In this document: in pieces, positions 54,928 through 64,000 of the stretch
Numbering within the stretch: position 1 is the stretch's first letter
Layout: each line of letters opens with the position of its first letter
Notes under the pieces: model-generated
Told to the model about the DNA's origin: nothing
What the model saw: the letters and a program-made list of their open reading frames with translations, nothing else
Databases searched by the model: none
Made by a program: the position numbers and the translations under genes
DNA from: Hemiscyllium ocellatum
Taxonomy: Eukaryota
DNA length: 64,000 bases
Direction: 5' to 3'
Assembly: GCF_020745735.1 (NCBI RefSeq)
Contig: NC_083449.1
Span: 8,964,923 to 9,028,922, forward strand

Positions 54928-56560
54928 TCCTCCAATTTTGGTGTCATCTGCAAACTTACTAACTCTACCTCTTATGCTCGCATCCAAATCATTTGTGTAA
55001 ATGACAAAAAATAGAGGGCCCAGCACCGATCCTTGTGGCACCCCCACTGGTCACAGGCCTCCAGTCTGAAAAACAACCCTCCACCACCACCCTCTGTCTT
55101 CTATCTTTGAGCCAGTTCTGTATCCAAATGGCTAGTTCTCCCTGTATTCCATGAGATCTAACCTTGCTAATCAGCCTCCCATGGGGAGCCTTGTCTAACG
55201 CCTTACTGAAGTCCATATAGATCACATCAACTGCGCTGCCCTCATCAATCTTCTTTGTTACTTCTTCAAAACACTCAATCAAGTTTGTGAGACATAATTT
55301 CCCACACAGAAAGCCATGTTGAATATCTTGAATCAGTCCTTGCCTCTCCAAATATATGTACATCCTGTCCCTCAGGATTCCTTCCAACAACTTGCCCACC
55401 AACGAGGTCAGGCTCATTGGTCCATAGTTCCCTGACTTGTCTCTACCGCCCTTCTTACCACATTAGCCAACCTCCAGTCTTCTGGCACTTCACCTGTGAT
55501 TATCGATGATACAAATATCTCAGCAAGAAGACCAGCAATCACTTCTCTAGCTTCCCACAGAGTTCTTGGGTACACCTGATCAGGTCCTGGCAATTTATCC
55601 ACTTTTAACCATTTCAGGACATCCAGCACTTCCTGCTCAGTAATCTGCACATTTTGCAAGATGTCACCATCTATTTCTCTACAGTCTATATCTTCTATAT
55701 CCTTTTCCACAGTTAATACTGATGCAAAATATTCATTTAGCATCTCCCCATTTTCTGTGGCACCACATCTGCCTCCAATCAGCTTTCAAAAGTTCTTGCG
55801 GAATACTGTCAAAATTGGCCTTTCTCCAATTTAGTAATTCAGCTTTTAGATCTGGTCTATCCTTTTCCATCACTACTTTAAAACGAATAGAATTATGGTC
55901 TCTGGCCCCAAAGTGCTCCCCACTGACACCTCAGTCACCTGCCCAGCCTTATTTCCCAAGAGTAAGTCAAGTTTTGCACCTTCTCCGGTAGGTATATCCA
56001 CATACTGAATCAAAAAATTGTCTTGTACACATTTAAGAAATTCCTCCCCATCTAAACCTTTTACACTATGGCAGTCCGAGTCGATGTTTGGAAAGTTAAA
56101 ATCTCCTACCATAACTACCTTATTATTCCTACAGATAGCTGAGATCTCCTTGCAAGTTTGTTTCTCAAGTTCCCTCTATAATTGGAGTGTCTATTGTACA
56201 ATCCCAATAAGGTGATCAGCCCTTTCTCATTTCTCTGTTCCACCCAGATAACTTCCCTGCATGTATTTCTGGGTATATCCTCCCTCAGCACAGCTGTAAT
56301 GCTATCTCTAATCAAAAATACCACTTCCCCTCTTCTCTTGCCTGCCTTTCTATCCTTCCTGTAGCAAATGTATCTTGGAACATTAAGCTGCCATTCCAGC
56401 CACGTTTCCGTAATTGCTATGATATCCCAGTCCCATGTTCCTAACCATGCCCTGAGTTCATCTGCCTTCCCTGTTAGGCTCCTTGCATTGAAATAAATGC
56501 AGTTTAATTTATTAGTCCTGCCTTGTCCATGCCTGAGCTGACTGTTTGACTCACCTGTTC
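54928..56560 (-). mobile_element. CR1 ORF2 fragment (endonuclease to RT)
   Basis: CIYFNARSL..IAITETWL, VGDFNFPNID, YMDFSKALDKAPH. Confidence 0.93.
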
Positions 56561-56849
56561 TCAGACCCAGGTTCGAGTCGACCAGGCATAGAACTAAAGA
56601 CATAGACTGCCAATTGTAAGATGCATCTGCTCCTCATACTCAAAGACGGGCGCACGTTTCTTTTCTCGTTTTCCTGGGTTAATATTCACTGTTCATATCC
56701 CACCGTGAATGGTGGATCCAAACTGATCAAGTCTTAAAGTGTAACTTCAAGAAATAAAAACAGCTGAAAAATTACTCACGAGAGCTCATATGCTCCACAG
56801 CGAGGGAAAACGCGACTGAAGACACAGTAAATAAATAATGTGCAATAAT

Positions 56850-59800
56850 AAAAAAAACCATGTGGGATGAATAGACAGATGCAGAATAAATCTCATTTTC
56901 AAACAAAAGAAACTTCAACAATGTCTACATTCAAGTCGAAACCGAATGTCTCAGTGATAACACAGAACCCTAAGCAAGGAAACATCCTACACTGATTGAC
57001 AGGACCAGTCTTTTTTAAAAATGAGCTGATCTGTCCATTGCTACATGATAGTTTTATACTGATACTCTGTACAATCTATACGATTACATATTTAGCAGGG
57101 GAGTGAGTCAGTGGAGCCCAAATGACTGCGTCGGACCCCTGTGCTTAGGCAGGCAGATGTTACACTGTGGTCTTTCCCCACCGCGCCTTGGTGGCAGCTG
57201 CCCCAAGCTTCAGCGCGTCCCTCAATATGTAGTCCTGGACCTTGGAATGTGCCAGTCTGCAACACTCAGTCAGGGTCAACTCATTCAGCTGGAAGATCAA
57301 CAGGTTTCGGACCTCCCAAAGAGAGTATTTCACTGAGTTGATGATCCTCCAGGCACAGTTGATGTTCGTCTCGGCATGTGACCGGAACAGACCATAGTGC
57401 ACAGAGTCCCGCATCACGGCACTGCACAGGACGAACCTCGACAAACGCCACTGCATTCCTCTCCAGACTTCTTCTGCATAGGCACATTCCAGAAGGAGCT
57501 GTGTGACAGTCTCATCCGCCCCCCGGAGCTGCTTCGAGGGCAGCGTGCAGTGTGGCAGAGAGTCCAGGCGTGCATAAAGGATCTCACAGGCAGAGTCCTT
57601 CTCACTATTAGCTATGTCTTGGTGCTTGTTGGAAAGTTCTGGCGATGAGGCATTCTGCCAAATGACTTTGACAGTCAACTCAGGGAACCGCTCGATAGGA
57701 TCTGCCCTTTCCTTTTCTCGAAGGGTCTCAAGGACACTACGTGCTGACCACTTCCTGATGGACTTGTGGTCAAAGGTGTTTTTCTTCATAAATTTCTCCA
57801 AGAAGGACAGGTGGTATGGAAAGGTCCAATTACTCGGAGCGTTCCGTGGCAGCGAGGCCAGGCCCATCCTTCGCAACACCGGGGACAGGTAGAACCTCAG
57901 TACGTAGTGACACTTGGTGTTTGCGTACTGGGGATCCATGCACCGCTTGATGCTGCCACACACAAAGGTGGCCATCAGGGTGAGGGTGGCATTGGGCATG
58001 ATCTTTTTCCCCCATTGCCCAGATCTTTGCACATTGTGTCCCATCGGACCCGGCCTAGGTGACTGCAGTGGCATAAGTTCTGGGGATAGGCCAGACCTGT
58101 GACACATGTAACAATACTGACAGAACCTCACACCTGATGACCAGGTTTTTGCCAGCGATGGAGAGCGACCGTTGCTCCCATCTGCCCAGTTTCTGCCTCA
58201 TTTTCCTGATCCACTCCTCCCAGGTCTCGGCGCACGCCCCAGCCCCGCCGAACCAAATACTCAGCACCTTCAGGTGGTCGGTCCTGACAGTGAAGGGAAT
58301 CGAGGATTGGTCGGCCCAATTCCCGAAGAGCATGGCCCGGCTCTTGCCTCGGTTTGCCTTGACCCCTGAGGCCTGCTCGAACTGGTCACATATGCCCATG
58401 AGTCTGTGCACGGATAGCGGGTATGAGGAAAAATCGGCGACGTCACCCATGTACAGGGAGGCCTTGACCTGCAGGCCCCCGCTGCCAGGAATAGCCACCT
58501 CTCTCAAGCTCGCATCATTCTTGATGGACTCGGCAACTGGCTCTATGCAGCACACAAACAAGGCAGGAGAGAGAGGGCAGCCCTGCCTGACTCCAGATCT
58601 TACAAGGAAGTTATCTGATTCCCACCCATTGATTGAGACTGCACTGGCATTGTTAGTGTAGTGCAGTATGATCCAATTCCAGATTCCCTCCCCAAAGCCC
58701 ATTTTGGAGAATACATCCCTCATATATGTATGGATATCCTGTCAAAGGCTTTCTCCTGGTCCAGGCTGATGAGGCAAGTGTCCATCCCCCTGTCCTGCAC
58801 GTAGGCAATCATATCTTTAAGGAGTGTGAGACACTCAGCGATCTTCCTGCCTGGCACAGCACAGGTTTGATCAAGGTGGATTACCGGTCTCAGAGCAGAC
58901 CTGACCCGGTTGGCGATTACCTTTGACAGAATTTTGTAATCCGTATTCAACAGTGAGATTGATCTCCAATTTTTGAGTTCCTCCCTCCCCCCCCTTCCTC
59001 TTGTAGATGAGGGTGATGATGCCTTTCCTCATGGATTCACTCATGGTACCTGCCAAAAGCATACTGACATACACTTCCAGCAGGTCCTGGCCAATCAAGT
59101 CCCACAGAGCAGAATAGAGCTCGACTGGTAAGCCGTCACTTCTGGGAGATTAATTCTTTTCGAAGGACTTGGTCAGCTCATCCAGAGATAGCAGCTGGTC
59201 CAGCCTCTCTCGTGTTCCTTCGTCTAAGACCTCCGTGATAGAGAACAGGAATGATTGGGAGGTCGCGCTGTCGGTTGGCTTCGAGTCATACAGGCTGGCA
59301 TAGAAGGATTTGCTGATCCTCATGATGTCAGCCTGAGATGATGTTACCGAGCCATCTTCTTCCTTCAGGCTGCTGAGCACGGAGCTGTCTTTGGAAGAAG
59401 AAACGTGAGCACGTCTCGTCCTGCTCCATGGAGTGGACTCTGGACCGGAAGATTATCTTGGAGGCCTCCGAGGCAAAGAGTGAGGCTTGCTGGCCCTTCA
59501 CCTTCTGGAGGTCCTCTGTGACATCAACCCCCAAAGTCTGCAGCAGGAGCAGGTTCTGCATACTTTCCTGGAGTTGAGACAGTTTCCCCCGCCTCTCTCT
59601 CACCTCCCAAACACCTTTGAGGATGAAGAACCAATTGATGTTCCCTTTTACTGTTTCCCACCAGTCCGTTGGAATCCCAAAGAGGGGCTTCATGGTTCTC
59701 CAACCTGCGAAATCCCTCTTGAGCTCCTCAATGTTTCCTGGGGTCAACAGCTTAGTGTTCAGCTTCCACGTTCCTTTACCCGCCTGCTGCTTGTCCTGTA

Positions 59801-62050
59801 AGTGACAGTCGGCCAGCAGGAGGCAGTGGTCAGAGAAGAACACTGGCTTGAAGTCGGTGGATCTGACCAAGAGCATTCGGGACACAAACTGGTAATCTAT
59901 CCTTGAGCGGATAGACCCGTCTGCCCGTGACCAGGTGTATCTACACTGCGCTCCGTCTGCAGGGGTGCTCAAGATGTTGTGCAGCTTGGCATCTTTGACC
60001 GTTTCCATCAGGGTTCTGGATGTGGCGTCCAGTTTACTGACCCCCCCCCTGGATCGTTCATCTGCATCAATGATACAGTTGAAGTCTCCAGCCAGAATGA
60101 CCGGCCTGGACGTAGCCAGCAACAGGGGAAGCTGTTGCAGGACGGCCAACCGTTCAGTCTTACCCGCTGGGGCGTACACATTGATTCATCTCAAGGGAGC
60201 TTTTCGGTATGTAACATCAACGACGAGGAGTCACCCGCCCATCACCTCCTTAATCTCAGAGATGGTGAAGTTGCCTCCCCACAACAGGATACCCAGGCCT
60301 GAGGAGCGGTTATCGTTGCCCCCCGACCACACTGCCGGCCCATGGGCCCACAAGCTCGACCATATCCTGGAACTGCTGAGGTGTATCCCACACTCCTGCA
60401 GAAACATGACATCGACTTTGACGTTGGCAAGGAAGCCAAACGTTGAAACACATCGCGCAGAAGATTTTATGCTGCGCACATTAATGCTTGCAATTCTTAT
60501 TCCCATTTTTATCAGGTTGTGAGGTTACCCATGTTCATTTGCCACTGGTCCTACCCCTCTGCAGGAGCTGTCTGTATTCCTGTGGTGAACACGAACTGCT
60601 GGACCCTTGCAGGGCTGCGGTAGCTGTCCAGCTCCTCACTGGGCCCATTTGCCCGCTCTGGTGTCAATGGGCCGGGACCAGGGTCTGCGCAGTCCGGTTC
60701 TATATCTGACAGCAGGGCTGTCAGAGGGTCACTGCTCCCAGTAACCTGGAGCTGTGTGATGGTGGGGCCTCCTGGCTTTCAACTGGTGGGGGGGTGGTCT
60801 TTTCCCATTGCCTCAGGAGGTTCGTCTTTTTTGTTTGGCAGGTTCTTCCCTCCTTTCTCCCCGCAGCGCTCTGTCTCTTCTTTTGGTGATGACCCTCCAT
60901 GCACCCGTCCTCACCCTCCGAAGAGCTGTCCGTGTCTTCCCCATGTAGCTGCCATTTCCCATGTTTCTGGGAGGTTTTGGCGGCCTGGCAGGTAATCTGC
61001 CTCCTTCATTCCCTCCTCCTCCGCTGTCTGTCCTGTAGGAGCTTCGATCGGCAGCTGTACCTCTCTGGTGGCAGTCATCTGCTCCGCTCTGGCCTGTCCT
61101 TCTTTTTGTGTGCCCCCAGACCCCATTCCCTTGCTGGTTTATGGTGCCTTGCTGTTCCGCATTCCACTACCGGCCATCTGCACTTAGGTGGCGGCCCTTC
61201 ATCTTGGGCAGGCCTTGAACATGTGGCCCGCTTCCCCACACAGATTGCAGCTCTTGGCCTCCTTGCATTCTTTGGTTGGGTGACCCTCCTTCTTTCAGTT
61301 TTGACAGATCGTGACCTTGCAGTCCGCCGCCATGTGGCCTGACCTCCTGCAGGTTCAGCACACTTTCGGCTGCCCCGCGTGCGTCAGGTACCCTCTGCTC
61401 CCTCTGATAGCAAAGCTGGAGGGTGGATGGAGGATGTTCCCACCGGCATCAATCCTCAGGGTTACCTTGACCTGCCGTTTGCTGGTCCAGATCCCGAAAG
61501 GGTCAACCACGTCATTGCTTTCTCCGTCAACCTCCATGTATCTTCTCAGGAACGTCAGGACATCGGTTGCTGGAACATAAGGGTTGTACATAAGGTTCAT
61601 AACAACCCAACTCCTCTGTGCAGGAAGCACACACAATGGGCCCGCCGACGAGATGGAGAACAGCAGCTCCCCTTCCTTTTCCTTGAAGACCTTCAGGAGC
61701 TGCTCGCATTGCTTCATATTCCTGAAGGTGATGTCAAAGTAGCCTGCCCTAGGAAAAACCTGCAGGGCAGTACACATCCGCTGCGGTGAACCCACAGCAC
61801 TTGAGCAAAACCTTCTTGACGAACACTGTCTGATCAACCGGTGTACGCTCCTCCACCTTCTTGACAGTCACCCTGACTATGTTGCCTGGCCTGGGGTGCA
61901 GGCAACTGCTGAGGCCATAGCTCTGAGGTTGGCCGGTCCCTGAATTGGCATGAGGCCGAAGCCAGCATGAAGATTCACAAAGAGCAGGTCAGCACAACCA
62001 AACAATCCTCCAACGTCCGATCATGATCCAGTGATGATCTCCACGAGCTC
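56850..62050 (-). mobile_element. Near full-length decayed Tx1-clade (L1 group) LINE
   Basis: ORF1 with CCHC knuckle (CNLCGEAGHMFKAC); ORF2 from 60506: ASINVRS..FLQE, LAGDFN, SRIDY, FSDH; RT LDQEKAFDR, GVRQGCPLS, YMGD; many frameshifts. Confidence 0.93.
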
Positions 62051-62119
62051 TGATGACTCAAACTCCACACCCACCCTGATAAAAACAAACACTTGATCTT
62101 AGCCGAAAAGCTGAGAAGC

Positions 62120-62545
62120 TATGTGAATCACAGAATGGGTACAGCACAGACGCAGGCCATTTATCCCATTCTATTCTTTTACTGTTCTGCATCCAAGTTT
62201 TCAGTAATTGTTGGGATTCTGAACTATATACCTGTCTGCTTTTCTCTTCTTTACCCCACAGATTAAGCAAAAACTTAGTATTCACAAAATGCTTAGAGGT
62301 TAAGATAAAGACCCCATTTCAGCATCCTCATAACTTCTCCAATGCAATAAATCACAGTCACGGAAAATATTAGTGGCTGCCAGGGAATTAAGCTAAATTG
62401 GTATGCAAGAGTAGAAACTGATTAGTACAGATTGAAAACTTCACTCTTACAGTCACACAGCAGAAATTGGCTAAGCTGCTCCCACATATTCACATTGCAG
62501 AAGCTGACAGAGAGAGAATGTAGTTACATATACATTCTCATAGCT
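62120..62545. repeat. Third, partial paralog of the duplicated block, with satellite units
   Basis: 62120-62230 resembles 6150-6270; 62290-62545 resembles 25050-25110 joined to 25330-25550. Confidence 0.7.
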
Positions 62546-64000
62546 CAAAACAGGGCAGGACTTATTGTTTGGCAACACTCCCCATGGTCCTACCATTAAT
62601 TGTATAAGACCACCAGGTGCATATGAACAGCTGCTAGAAAGTGGAGTGGAGGTTAGAAAAGGTTGTAAAAAAGGTGTTTGGCATGCTTGTCTCCTTTAGT
62701 AAGCACACTGTGTTTAGGAGCTGGGACATCATGTTAGGGCTGCATAGGACATTGCTTAGGGCACATTTGGAGGACTGCATACAATTCGGGTCACGCTGCG
62801 ATAGGAAGGTTGTTGTTAATCTTGAATGAGTGCAAAAAAATTGACAGAGATGTTACCAGGGTGAGAGGGTTTGAATTATCGGGGGAGGTTGAATAGGCTG
62901 GGGCTTTTTTCCCTGGATCATCAGGAGCTGAGGGGTAATTTTTACAGCTGCTTAGAAAATCATGAGGGACATTGATTGGATGAAAAGCCAAGGTCTTTTT
63001 CCTTGGGTGGGGGAGCATAGAGGTCATAGGTTTAAGGTGAGAGGGCAAAGATTCAAAAAATAACCTGAGGAAAAACCTTTTCATGCAGAGGGTGATGTGC
63101 ATAAGGAATGAGCTTCCAGAGGCAGTGATGAAGGTGGGAACAATTACAACATTTAAAAGGAGCCCGGATTGGTAAATGAATGAGAAGATTTAAAGGGATA
63201 TGTGCCAAACTTAGAATCTAGAGAAGGTATATTCCTGTTAGGGTGAAAGGAAAGGCTCGTAGGTATAGGGAATGCTGGATGACTAAAGAAATTGAGGGTT
63301 TGGTTAAGAAAAAGAAGGGAGCATATGGCAGGTATAGACAGGATAAATTGAGTGAATCCTTAGAAGAGTACAAAGGAAGTAGGAATATTCTTAAGAGGGA
63401 AATCAGGAGGGCAAAAAGAGTACATGAGACAGCTTTGGCAAATAGAATTAAGGAGAATCCAAAGGGTTTTTACAAATACATTAAGGGCAAAAGGGTAACT
63501 AGGGAGAGAATAGAACACCTCAAAGATCAGCAAGGTGACCTTTGTGTGGAGGTGCAGAAAATGGGGGAGATACTAGACAAGCATTTTGCATCAGTATTTA
63601 CTGTGGAAAAGGATATGGAAGATATAGACTGTAGGGAAATAGATGGTGACATCTTGCAAAATGTCCAGATTGCAGAGGAGGAAGTGCTGGATGTCTTGAA
63701 ATGTAAAGGTGGATAAATCCCCAGGACCTGATCAGGTGTACTGTGGGAATCTGTGGGAATCTAGAGAAGCTATTGTTGGGTCTCTTGCTGAGATATTTGT
63801 ATCATCGATAGTCACAGGTGAGGTGCCGCAAGACTGGACATTGGCAAGCATGGCGCCACAGTTTAAGAAGGGTGGTAAGGACAAGCTGGGGAACTATAGA
63901 CCAATGAGCCTGATGTAGGTGATGGGTAAGTTGTTGGAGGGAATCCTGAGGGATAGGATGTACATATATTTGGAAAGGCAAGGACTGATTCGGGATAGTC
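62546..64000 (+). mobile_element. Two adjacent CR1 fragments (3' part to ~63210; ORF2 mid-part 63215 to end)
   Basis: LHRTLLRAHLEDC; WMTKEIEGLVKKKK...KENPKGFYKY; DKSPGPD. Confidence 0.92.

Overview
Eukaryotic, transposon-rich genomic DNA, almost certainly from a cartilaginous fish (inferred from HE1-type V-SINEs with CR1/HER1-like tails and shark-type Penelope and CR1 elements). The window is part of a dispersed replication-dependent histone cluster. It holds two intact H3.2 genes in an inverted duplicated cassette, a divergent H1, an intact H2A, an H2B missing Asn84 and its normal promoter, and a 5'-truncated H3 pseudogene. All six carry histone 3' stem-loops, and no H4 is present. Much of the rest is decayed CR1, Penelope-like (with hammerhead-ribozyme cores), Tx1, Rex1/Babar, SINE and solo-LTR sequence. 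The main unexplained structure is an old inverted segmental duplication (about 1-10.9 kb versus 22.7-29.9 kb). Each arm has an NRF1/YY1-type promoter, a near-identical 185-bp first exon, two copies of an exon module and a degenerate ~47-bp satellite. This looks like two outward-facing copies of an unannotated spliced gene. All alignments were done by eye, so repeat boundaries are approximate and identities are estimates.
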